Source: Pecten maximus
Lineage: Eukaryota
Assembly (NCBI RefSeq): GCF_902652985.1
Contig: NC_047015.1
Span: 46,872,001-46,936,000 of the forward strand
Direction: 5' to 3'
DNA: 64,000 bases
A program made the translations under genes and the position numbers. Shown here one piece after another: positions 33,174-46,600 of this stretch (the first letter of the stretch is position 1; every line of letters begins with the position of its first letter). The notes under the pieces are model-generated. The model had not been told where the DNA came from and did not search any database. It saw only the letters and a list, made by a program, of their open reading frames with translations.

Positions 33174-36100
33174 ACTGCCATGGTGATGGTCAACGCCCTC
33201 TCTGTCCCATCTAACCCACTCAGTACATTACCAGCTTAACAGGAGGACATTCTTCTTAGATTTACCTCCGAGGTTTACTAGCCTCCGTATATGCTGCACC
33301 TGTATATTGAGAGATTAGCTTTTCTTTTTTCAGTTGTTTTTTTAGTTTGTATTATGTTAATGCTGCACCATCTAGAAAAATGTTCTTAGGACTTTCAAGA
33401 AGGGATCAAGAGGAGATTGTTTATGTTAACAACAGGTGAAAGACTTCAAGAAATCAATGCAGACTCCCAGACATAAATTAAATATGGCTATTCCAAAATC
33501 AAGGATATAGAAGGGGTTGGAATGCATTAGTTTTCGTAGACCCACCCATTGAATATGTGTATGAAAATGCAGGGAAGTCTTTAATTAACCCCACCTCTGG
33601 TATTAAAGATGCCTTTCAACCCTTCCATAAATTATGAAATAACCCTGACAAGTGTAATGGTAATTGCTGTGGTGAATTATAATTAGTAACATATGCATGT
33701 TATTGTTAAAGTCAAGTTTGCGAGAGAAAAAAAGGAAAATTTTGTTGGCTGAAAACTTTTTAAAATGTAACTACAAGACCAGTATTTTGATTTTAAGAAT
33801 GGTATTTTTATTTTGCCATGTGAGTGTTTTAACAAAATGTAACACATATACTTGTGCAATGTGAAGTTACATAGAAGTGGAAATTTTTAAATTTTTAAAT
33901 ACAAATGTATTAAGCTATTTTAATAGAACTTTCACCCTATTATCTGAATCTCTATATAAATATATCGGTCTAAGACCTGTTGTCTCCTTCAATTTTGGAA
34001 GTGACACATAAAAGATGCAATAGTTTCAAAGATAAAAAGTAAACATTTTTGTTATGTAGACTTTTAATTCTTGTCATAAATTCTTAGTTGAAATGAACAA
34101 CAGTATGTTAAGAGTGCATGTAGAATGTACAAGTAAGGGCAAATTTGTAATATGTTTGGCTGCGCTGTGGATTAATTGAAGGTCACATGTTCAATCCGTA
34201 ATGAGTTATACTTTTAGGGACCATGTCCAACGTAGTTTTGTTGCTTTAGTTTTAGCCTATTATATGTTTGTTATTGTTGGAAACTCTGTTTTTGTTAAAT
34301 GTGTATGTTATGTGTATTGCACAATATCTGTTTCATTTTAATAAATTAATATGTTGATCGAATTAACACAGAATTTTACTTAATGTGTTCATGGCTTTTT
34401 AAATGTATGTAATTATTCTTTAAAAGAAAAAGATGTTCATTTCTGAAAAAAAATATCTGTATTACTTTAAAAAAAAAAAGTAGCCAAAAAAGGTGAAAGT
34501 TGCATTAGGATAATGGTGTCTTCCATGTAAATCTGCCTTATTTGGTCACACATTGATCAGGGTTCACAGCCAGTAGGGACACGGTTCATGACCGGTTTCA
34601 CCAAACTTGACCAGATGATCAGAGTTTATAGTGAAATCACAAAGTATCATGAACAAATGAATGAGGTTCATAACAACATGAAAGGGGTTCATGATTAGAT
34701 GGCTGGGGTTCATGGCCAGTTTCTTTCTCTCTCTATATATTTGACTGTTGTGGATATATGATATCGATGTTGTGAACTGTAGTGAGAAGTTCGGTGCTGT
34801 AGAAGTAACTCTATTGAAATTTGTATTGCTTGAAACGGGTACATTTTTGGTACCGTTTACATAGATATGTATTACTGAATGAAGAATCGGATTTATTCTC
34901 CTGCTATTGATAACTGCATTAAGTGCCATTTGTAGATAATATTGTCAGATTCCTCTCTAAAACACCTTTCGGACATGATCTGAAATTATTTGCATGACGT
35001 TCTCATGCATGTATTTGTAGTATATTTTCGATAACATCTTGAAATAAGAGTTTGATGTTTTCTGTAAGATTATAATTCAGAATCCTTCAATAATGTCTAA
35101 ATAGTATCTTTTCTTGTTGGTGAATCTTTGGAGGGCAGGTTTTGATAAATTTTGTTTTTGTATTTTTATAGTGAAGTCTAAACCGTTGTAGATAATCGGA
35201 AGCTTGACAGTACATTTGAATTTGTGTGTTGACATTTTTGTGTAGGATCATCTAGTCATTAGCTCGAAGCCTCTCTCCCACCTGTGTTTATATATAAATC
35301 CCAATTTCCTTTAACTGATGTGATTGTATATATGTATGTAGCAAGCACTGCTTTCTAAACCATTTACAGAGAGACAATGCTATTGTTGATATCTGGATAT
35401 TGATTTAGGCATACAGCACATTACTCTGAACCAGTTTGCCTTAATAAAATGATCTCTGCAGTAACAACATAAGCTTGCTGAAGCTCAATATGCTCTAGAA
35501 AAGTATTGAATCCAGATGTAAACACCCTGGTTATCGGCACATGTGTAGAAATGTCCGGGGGGGAAAAATAGTGGAAAACATGGTCGACTTATGAATAGTA
35601 TTAAATCAGAATTTGCTTAAATTTGGCATTGAAATAATGTAGACGGACTAGGTTTTACAAACAAAGGGTCACATTGTTTTATAAATGTTTTACAATAGGA
35701 TGATAACCATTGGATGTAATATAGAAGTTTTACTGTATAGAGCATTCTCAGCCCCTATTGCCTGTCAAACTATCTCTATACCATTTTACTGACAGAGTGA
35801 AACAAAGGGAAGCAACTCTGATAGATCACACAGTGAAATATAGAAGTCTAAAATCAGTTTTTTCAGGATTTGAGGAATGTCAGGTGTTTCTGTGTTTAAC
35901 TAGCAACATTGATTATATCCTTGAAGCTGTAAAATAATGTCTGGCAGTGTTGTTAATTTATGGGAAATTCGACTTGATAACCATTGTGTAATTTGTGTCT
36001 TGCAATCTGAGCTCAGGAAAAAGAAGTTTAAGGAAAATTTTCTTCCGAGAGATTTCAAGTTTAGGTATTTTATAAAACTGAGAGCTGGAAAAAGAATTTT

Positions 36101-37219
36101 TGATAAATGAAGGCAGTTTTGATGATCAAACTAATTAAATAAAATTCAATTCTTCCAAGGATGTGTAGAGATGGTATACAGCTTTTAGTGTTGTTTATAG
36201 TATTAAATGTTTTATAGAAAAATAACCAAAATACTGTCTCAGATGTCAAAATTGATCATGTTTACTTGTTTAAAATGCACACCAATAAGATTAGACTACC
36301 AAAACTTGTACCAATATCTTTAAGGCCATCTTTACTGGTAAAATGTCTGATATGTCAAAAGTCAAAACCAGGAAACAGATTAGTGTCGTGGAGAGTGTTG
36401 GGGGTGTAAATCCTAATTTATCTTTTGATGTGTTTAAATTTGTTGCAGTTTTATATGTTTTTGTCTTGGACCATTATAACATGTATTTTCTCTGTTAAAA
36501 ATTTTCCCTCTCACGCAAGTCTAACCTCCTTACCTTTTAAAAAGAATTCACCTGCCACAGAGTAGTCTACCTTGGCAATTGGTACAGTTTATTAGTACAT
36601 GTTTATAAATCTCATAGAGGTTATTGATAATGAATATGTATATGAGTGACAAATACTTGACAATCATTCACAATAATTTTACAGTTTTACTTGACTCTAT
36701 TATAAGTCATGAGTTACATTAGAGTGCGCTTAACCTTATTATATAATACTGTATTCAACACAAATAAGAATATATTTAATTGACTAAGTACTAATTACCA
36801 GTTTAAATATTCCTACTGATTATGATAATGCTGCAGAATCTCATTGTTTAAGTGTTTATTGAAGTAGAATTATTCACCATAGACCAGGTGTATTATGGTT
36901 ACACATGTTTTCAGCTTGCTTTTGATACTCTCATCGAGTGCCTGTGATAATTTTACTGTGTTACTGTGTTATCTCCCTTTGTTTGTTTGTGTGAAGCTAA
37001 TTTGTACAGGTATTAGTACATCATTATGTTAATTATGTATACATGCAGGTAAAAACTGTCACAGATATTTACAAACTTGGATGTTAATAACATGAAAGAG
37101 AACAATATCAAAAGCTGTAATCTAGATAAAATTGTTGGATGTCCCCTAGTAGACATACCGTATATTACGGGGATGTTTTTAAAAACAATTAAGTCTGGAT
37201 TAATTAGATAATGCACCTG

Positions 37220-37515
37220 TATTTAGGACCATCTGATTCCTTATAGCTAATAATTAGGACCATTTGATGTCCTTGTTATAACTAGTAGTTAGGACCATCT
37301 TATTATAGCTAGTATTTAGGACCATCTGATTTTCTTATTATAGCTAATATTTAGGACCATCTGATATCCTTGTTAGGTTATATTCAGAACTTTTTAGGAC
37401 CATTTATTGGCTAATATTTAGGACCATTAATATTACGACAGTTCCAATAATCTTTTTAGTGGATAATATTTAGGACCATTTTATATAAACTATTTAGGTG
37501 ATACTATTTAGGACA
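37220..37515. repeat. Degenerate minisatellite with TTAGGACCAT core
   Basis: About 8 intact cores plus 2 partial ones, with irregular 25-50 bp spacing. Confidence 0.8.
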
Positions 37516-40500
37516 GTCATTTCATCAACGCTGTGTATTAGTTATTATATGTGCATATAAAGGACAATTTGTCATCCAGGCCTCAATACTTGTTTGGAAT
37601 AACAGTACTACATGTATAAGTATAACCTTATCTTAAAATGTAATTAAAGCAAAGTGACAGGAAAATAAATGTAAAAACACAATGGTTAGATATCTCAGTA
37701 GTGTTTTTTTCAACAAAGCTGTTCAGGATAACTTTTTAAAACCGGTTCCCGGTGATGGTTTTCATGTATAGCCCTGATTTACATCAGTCTAAACTTTTTA
37801 CTTCTGTGCTTTAATCCTTTCATTTTATATCGTTAACATGTCATCTGTGTGTAAACAAGTATACAATGGTACAAGTATCTGTATGTGTTAGATTCACAAG
37901 TGCTAAAAACAGTGTTTTGATATAGATTTGCATGTTTTTTGAGACGAGGTATTAATAAAGAATTGTATAACCTATTTGTGTCGATGTGATATAATTTAAA
38001 AGTATGGTGACAAGAAACCAAGGCGAACTTGTATACAAAATTATACAATTATACCAAACATCTGTCACAACTTTTTGAGAAATAGTGACAAAGAGTAAAG
38101 GATGGACACAGACCGACAAGTTGAAAAGTCATCAATCTGTATAGCTAAAAGAGTTGGTTTCTGTATAACAACTATAGCATAGGTGAAAAAGCAGTGTATT
38201 GGGATCATCTGTGCATGGATCATACTAGTATACAAATCCTTACTTGAAATCCTGTCTTGAGACCACTTTTAAGGTCATCTGACCTCACAGGTCACAAAGG
38301 CAGGGTCCAATAAGGCAAATGTAGAAAATACTCAAAAATCCACATCCAATATTAGTTACAACCATCTGCGATGACAAGGGACCTTTTTATTTATATGGAA
38401 CAACCAGTTTGGTGATTTTTTAAGATGAAGGATTTCAGGAATAAATATTAAGGGACCTGCAGATGTCAATCAATACTAACGTTTTTGTCATGAACAATCT
38501 GAAAGTGAAACAATATCACTAGGTCTGTGTCCCCATATAAAATTACCCAGATTTTCAAGATGGCAGTCAAAGTGTTAGCTAAGACCATTTGTTTCAGTTC
38601 TGCTTTGAATGTCATGTTGGTCCTAATTTTGTTCATGACCAGTTATGTCTTCTCGCTAGTTTAAAGTAAAATTCTTGTCTGTGTCCACAGAGTGATTTAC
38701 ATTGCTTACAGGCAGGTGGATGCCAGACGATGAACCATAATGTATACGCTTCTGGTGTTTGCCCATTAGATGATCAAAAGGGCTAAAAACAAAAGGAACA
38801 CACAACATACTTTCATACGTTTATTCAGAGAATAAACAGGTTATTTACAAGAAATTACCATATTAAACTACTCTTGATTCTTTACATTAGATTTTGTTTT
38901 CTAAACTCATACATAACAATTTATTCAACATACAATTGGAAACCAAAGCACAAAAAATATTTAATCATGACCATCAGCTGAAGACTGAAATATCAAAATG
39001 GGATGAAATAAATAATGCTTATTTAGAGTGTATGAAAGTACAGTATTTACAGTGATGTCATGTACTGGACTAAACTCCCTCCAGATGGCAGATATTGCCA
39101 ACGGATTCCACCAGACGACAGAGTTAACTGGCAGAGTTAATCACCACAGGACAATGTGCAAGTTAACCCTCTCACCGAGTGGTAAGATAGATCTTTACAA
39201 TATATTGCTCTACACTTGGACTGACCACATGAAAGTATGGCTGTTTGGTAATGAAAAATGTACAATACATGTATCTATACTTGCACCTTACAATACTCCA
39301 AATTGCTGTTTATTTTATTCTTTAAATCTTTGCTTTTTTGTATATTGTAGTATACACATCAGTATAGCAGTATTAACAATGTATCATGCATCCTTGCCAA
39401 CTTCATAGAATTTCTGTGGAAAAGATCATGCAACGTTAAAATTCTCAAGCCTAAGAAAGATATAGTTAAACACCTCCTTTGACAAGCCAATAAACGACAT
39501 ATGTTAAGCTGCCTCTTTCTTTTAAACTGATTGTATTGTAAAATTTATGAATAATAAAGAAATTTCATATTGACTAGGATATTGTCATCTCATTTCAAAA
39601 AGCTTACTCGGAGATTTTCAGCATTTTCCTCATTCAATTTAGCAATAATGCATTCAATGAACACTACCCACACTGTCCGATATTGGTATATAATGAATTA
39701 TTTTCATTCTGTTTTGATACACATTGAAGTCCTATCGCCACGGCCAGATCATTAACCAGCAGCACAATGGGGTACATGGCAGCTCTACATTGAATGATGT
39801 TAGATGCAATTAACTTGTCTCCAATAAAATATCCCATACATCCATAACCTTAAACCTGATTTTTTAAGTCATTATAGAAAGATGTATATTATGGACCCAG
39901 TAAAACACTGAAACCAGATGATAACATTATAATAATAATTTTCCTTTACACTTACTGGTTGTATTTAGGCAATTTTAGAATTGTGAAAGTTCTGTAGAAA
40001 TAAGCATACTATTTTAGGTTTTTAATTATGAGACACTGCAGGAATCACTAAAAACGCATCTGGAATTTGTCTAAGTATAATTCAAATTGTTGAAAGTCTT
40101 ATCATATCAGGAGTGGATGAAAATGTAATCGAGAAAGTGATAAATCTTCTAAAACGACAAGATGCTTTGCTTGATAAGTACCCAGTAAAGTCATCTATGT
40201 ATCAAATCCAATATTCTCCAAAAAATTTCAAATATTGAAATATCAAACTGGCAGAACATTATATAGAGAGAGAGAGAACTCAGTTGAACCATTTACTTTT
40301 GACCGTGTTTAGTTGTACATTCAACAAACAAATTATGCTTTCTTTACAACAAATGGTGTGGAAAGATTTAAATTAACTGTCAAAAAATTTAAACCAGCGA
40401 TTGAAGTTGTGTCAAATTTCATTCTGCATTATACAAGAGGAAATATAATATCAAACAGTTCTATGTACAAATAACTTGTCACACTTCAAACAGATAAGTA

Positions 40501-43500
40501 TGTCGGACATCTCTTATTTGCAGCCATTTAAAAAATTCACAACAGTTTCAAGTTATTTATTGTTCCCCTTGATCAAAAGATTCAGCATTCACAGCTTCAT
40601 TAACTAAATTTTAAATGTTAAGATGTACATAACATTTCTTTAAGGTTAAAATTTCAAAACGAAACACTTTTGATATGTATGGTCCATACCTCCCCAAAGT
40701 GAATCATAAAATCTATAAAAAAATAAATTTGGTGTCGTGTAGGGATACAACACAACTTTTCCCTATACATTATATATATAACATACATTTGTTTTAGAAA
40801 TATGTTTTATTGTCACTAGGGAGATTGAAAATATATTAAAAAAAAAAAGAACAAAAAAAAACTAAGAATGCACCTCTCCCACTATTAAATACCATGCATC
40901 TTGGTTCAACTAGCTCTTAAAACCACCTTTCTATTCACGTACTCTTTTCATACATTTCTGTATGTTTCTTTACACTAATGTGACTTTAAAGATACAGAGT
41001 TGAAAATTAAAAGAAACATTTTTAATACATACCATACATAAACAAAACTTTGAGGGATACAAGAGACAACATCTTCAGATATTTTACCCTGGACTGAAGA
41101 CATCTTTACAAATGACTGGCAGAGTGACGGGAAGGGGAGAGAATTTGTACCAAATACTAACGGTACCATACTGATTTTAATGAAATACATGTAGTGCAAA
41201 ATCTCCATGTTACATACATGTATATAGTTGTGTGAATGAATAGTGCAAATTCATATTTATATAAACAGGTTTTTTTAATATAGTTCAAATTATTCACATG
41301 GTTACATACAGATTTTTTAACAAACAAGTACTAAATAATCCACATTCATCAGGCACAGACTTGAATGAAATGTCCACATCCAAGTCTTGTTCTGCCTAAA
41401 AAATTTGAGTAAATACATTACATACACGAATAGTGACCTGGTAAAGAATTGTCCGAGGTCGTTATTTATACAAACAGCGTCCTTGTAGAAGTCAATATGA
41501 CAACTCCCAAGTTCGTAGATTAGCTGCCTCAATAGCCTGCACAGTAACAACATATATGATATACAGATGTACTTGGAATCAAACAACATGGTGAGTACTT
41601 ATTATTCTTCAGAACCAAGAAAAAGCGTTTCAACAACAAGTTCTGTAATCTGAGCTCATCAAAGTATAGTGTAACCATCTCCGGTCCAGCTATGCAAAAA
41701 CCTAACTTAGTGCATGAGCCCAGTTTTATAAAGACTGATATGAGAATTCGAAATATCAAATCGGTGTTTTGTTGAAACAGTAAAATTCCTTAGGCAATTA
41801 ATAAACACCCATTTATAAATAAATTTTGTTTTCAAATTTGAATTGTATATTTAAAAAAATATGGTGGAACAATTTCAAAGAGTACATGGAATATCTGAAC
41901 TGAAAACTATTGTAAACCTCATATGATAAGCAATTTCATTTCAAAAACATCTTTTTTATCCTAGTCTTTAATCTCATACTTAACAATACTCTGATTTAGT
42001 TAGATAAAAATAAATTGCACGGAAACATTTACCTATATAATAGTGATTGTGATTACAATCACTCTAGCAATGATACATGCCTAGAAATTCTAAAACTGAA
42101 CCCCGACATATACACAAATGCTATCTACCAAAATATCTACAGGAAGGAGTAGCAGCTTTACTGTACAACTGATTCAGTAACACTAGGTGGGAATACAGCG
42201 TATATTTCACTGTCAAACACGACACAGCATTATAATTATATCATATTCATTTAATTTGACTTGCATTACAATTCATCAACAAATTGCCCTACAAAAAACT
42301 GACCAAGCAAAATGCACACTAAAATACAGTTTTGAAATCATTTTGGTTCAACTTCAAACAAAAACAAATATCTTATTACTAAAGCACTTGTAATATATTT
42401 TTCTCAAGAACATAATTGATGCAACAGATTTTTTTACACACACTATTCCCATGTACATATTTAGAAAAAAAAGTTAATCATTGATAAAAGTGTAATATTT
42501 ACAATGTATGACGATACATTTACAAAAGTCTACATATTTACAAATGATCTACATGCCTGAAATGAAAAATGAAAAAAAAAAGATGATTCATCACATCAAA
42601 TCCAATCAGATCGATATCCATTATACACTAAAGTCTCAGTATCTGTTTTGATTCAAAATTCCTTAAATGTTATGCTAACAACACAACATGTAACCCACAG
42701 TAAAAATAAAAACTTACAAGAAAATATGTAAAACTGAAATACTTTCCAATTTGGTCATTAAAGGAAATCTTCACTAATCATCATTGTGTTAATATCTTAA
42801 GAAAATGATCTGGGCTTTTCTTCTTCAGGAAAACAGCATTTAAAATATCCAAGTCAATTTTGTTTGACAATTTGTAACTAGGTACATGTATTTTAGGAAA
42901 CAGATTTTATACTTTACACGAGCTGATAATTAGGTCATCATTGCTGTTGTTGTTAAAATATTGTGAAATTTTCCTTCATAGATTTATCATACTTTAATTT
43001 CTTGACCGATCATAACTCAAATATTTGCTGGACAAATCAATTCCAAATAGGTAAAAAAATACCGATTTTTAACAAACAAATTCTGAGTTTAATGATGAAA
43101 ACACTATGTCATGGTTTCTAATGAGACAATGAAGTCAAACACATTGACTAATCTTGGTGAAGTTTTCAAAGTACAGTCCTGTTTTTAGAGCAACAGTAAA
43201 TTATCTTTTCGCGTATTGAAAATCACTTCCAACTTTCCAAAGCTTTTTAATATGTTCACATGAATATCAGAATCATGAAACCAGTGACACCAAGAGACAA
43301 TGTTTTGATTTTGAAAAGTTCACTTAAAAATTGATAAGCTATTTAATACACTGATGATTAAGGCTGGCAATTATCAAAATTCATGCAGCTTTTGAATTAC
43401 TGGATTTGAAAACAAAACCTCAGATCAAAAAAATTTCAATATGAAATAGATTTTGTGAATATTTTAATCAGTCACAAGATGAAACATGAACCGAAAATTC

Positions 43501-43600
43501 TGACTTAGCATGACACTATTGTGACAAATGATTAGTGACAGATGTTGACATATGACTCCAAGGAAAACACTTGTTGATTATGGATTATGTAAGACATGCA

Positions 43601-46600
43601 TCATATCCGCTCCTTCACAGATTTCAGTTTCTGTACAAAGAATGTTTCTAACACTTCTGCACACTGGTAGAATGGTGTGTCTGTTGGGTTGTATAGTCTG
43701 CAGTTATCAAATATCTTAGTTACATCTTTAACAAAGTCTTTTAACTTATGGTACTTCTTTTTCTGGAGTCGTCTTTCAACCGTCGTCAAATCTACAATAG
43801 ATAATAATTCTGAGTTCATAAACTATATCTATGTAATCTGGAAGACACCTATGAACAGGCTTTGCATAATGTCATATTTCTGAAAAAGTTCATAATACAT
43901 TCTTTTAAACTAAATTTTGTTTTGTTTCTGAGAATTGACATGATATGAAGTTTCAAACTATCAAATATCTTTCCTAGAAATAGATCAGGGAAACATTTCT
44001 GAACAAAATCAATTTAAACAAAATAGACCTAACAGAATGCCATATAAACTTAAATGCTTTTACCTATGTAAACAATTTACAGTACTGACATCAGGGCCAC
44101 ATTTGGAATAAAAATTGAACAAAGGGTCATTGCTGTATATGAGGGGTATGTGACCAATATTGTATAGGACATACAACAGCCTTGTTGGCATGTCCTTTTA
44201 CGTGTGGTGATCGAAGGACGATAGCCCTGTATACATATTAGGGTACAAAACACATGTACATATTAACTTACCCATTGGATCTTTGATGACATGATAATAA
44301 TCTGGAACTTCATTACGATCTACTGCCTCAAGGAATGGCCATGCCATTTTGTGAGACTGAAAAATAAAACGAATCATTTAAATTGAAATGCTTCCCACAT
44401 AAATAACTATAGAAAATCTCACAATTACCCAATGTCTGACTTTTCTGTTACTTCAATATCCCTGGTATCTGTCATATTAAGTGTTGTAGGGACAGTGTGA
44501 TGACTTTTTTTTTGACTGGTAATGCCTGTATTCAATTTTGTCCAAGGCATTTAAATTTATTCGTTTCTGATTAGACATTAAAGGTTCGGTAGTCACTCCA
44601 CTCACATGCTCTATCCTCGCAAATAAGAGTGGCAAGACTTGATTTACAATGGTTGTAAGCTAACTTGAGTATGTACATTACAAAATATTTCAATGCTAAC
44701 AAAACTGACTTCATTTAACACTTCTCTGAAAACAATATTTCTGCTATTAGATATTATTAGCTTACTTGGAGACTTTTGATGAGTCTGCGTAGTGTGTCAT
44801 AGTCACGGTCCAGGAGTTCCTTCTGACTTATAGGATCGGCCTCTTCCTTGCGCATACAGTTTGGACAGATGTACGTATCAATATGATCTGCTTCACCCTG
44901 GGACACGCCCACACAACGCCCGTGGAACCAGTCTTGGCATCGGTCACATCCGATGTAGAACCTATGAGATCATATTTTTTCTTAATTTAATATTCACAAC
45001 GCATACACATTATGTTATAATCAAGATTAATACATGGGAAAACCAAATAAAGCCCGATTCATTGGGATACTATAGATATCAATTATTAGCACTTAAAATC
45101 ACTTACTGTGCCTCATCATATGGAGTCCTACACAGACAGTACAGCTCCTCTGTAGCTGTCTCTTTCTGTTTCTTGCACTCCCCACAGACATAAGTGTCAA
45201 TAGTCTTGGCCCGCTCCTCCGATATACCCACACATTCACCATGGAACCAGTTAGAACACAGGTCACAACCAATGTAAAATCTGAAAAGAGCGAGACATTT
45301 AAAATCTAGTTGCAATAAAGCAATTTTCATTAGAAGGCAACAGTCTATTTTTTTTCTTAATCTGATGTTTTAAACAAATTGGAAATTTTATAACAAAAGC
45401 AGTTTGCTTCTGTTATAGAACTTTTTAAATAAATGTTCTATCATTTTCGGTGCTGTAGAATATTTCAGAAGTTTTAACAAATGCAGTCTGTTACTATGTA
45501 CTTACTTTGTGGCTTCATAGGGTGTTTTACAGATGCAGTAGAGTTTCTCCTTGGGGTTGAATGCCCTACCCCCAGTGGAAATAATCTTCTGTTTTTTGCG
45601 TTTCGGTTCATCTTGCACTATGGTTTGGTCTGGATTAAGCATAGGAGCTTTTTGACTAGTCACTGTCACCAACGGACGAACAGGTGAATCCGGCTTCTTC
45701 TTTCTCTTCTTCAAGTGTTCATTCACCTCGGCCTACCAATAAAGGAGATGATTATAACAAATTTCAATACAATCAATTTTCTTTCTTAATTTAGCACTAT
45801 GTTTTAAACAAATAGCAGAAATGAACAAAGACAACCCTAGTAACATCATTTGGTGAGTAAAATTTACTATTTTAACATCAATCTTATTTGTCAGAAGACC
45901 TACAGGTAAATTCAAGATGTTACTAAATCTGTTTAATAATGAATTGATTTGATACAGCGAATGAAAACTTTTGTTGATCAGCAGATTATATGGTACACAG
46001 TCTATAAACACATGTTGTCCCTACTGCTTTAGAACGTCAGACATGAAAATGGACATTAATTGAAATGTGTTCATATCAACTTGATAAAGGCTTGAAGTCT
46101 GTTATAACAGCTCAAAACTTCTTTTTAACAAACCCAAGTCTCTTTAAATTAATGCAGTGCAAAACAACTCTTTATTTCCCTCCTAACCATATCAATTAGC
46201 CCTGGTCATGTTGACTCCATAAGAAATTTATCATGCCACTATATATCATGCCCTTTCATGTGTGTGCATAACCATGCAGGGGAATTTTTCAAGTGTTGTA
46301 ATTCAAAGTCTAATATCATACAACATCTGACAATGACTACAAATGCATATAATCAAATTGAAAAGTCAAATCAGCTACACTTGGACAGCTAGACGGATGA
46401 TCAGGTAGTCAGAGAGAGAACCCATAATTACTTAAGGAACATCTCACCACCACATCTCATGTAGGGGTCATAATTGGAAACAAAACTAACCAAATTAGTA
46501 GGAGTGTCTAGACTTGTTTACAGCATGGGAGTGGTTATGGAATAGTTCCCATACAACATCAAAATGTATCTACACAGTTGTCTAATACTAATATAGACCG

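Noticed and set aside
37220-37515. Conserved core with variable spacers (CRISPR-like)
   Set aside because: The core is only ~10 bp and the spacers are related to each other, consistent with a decayed minisatellite.
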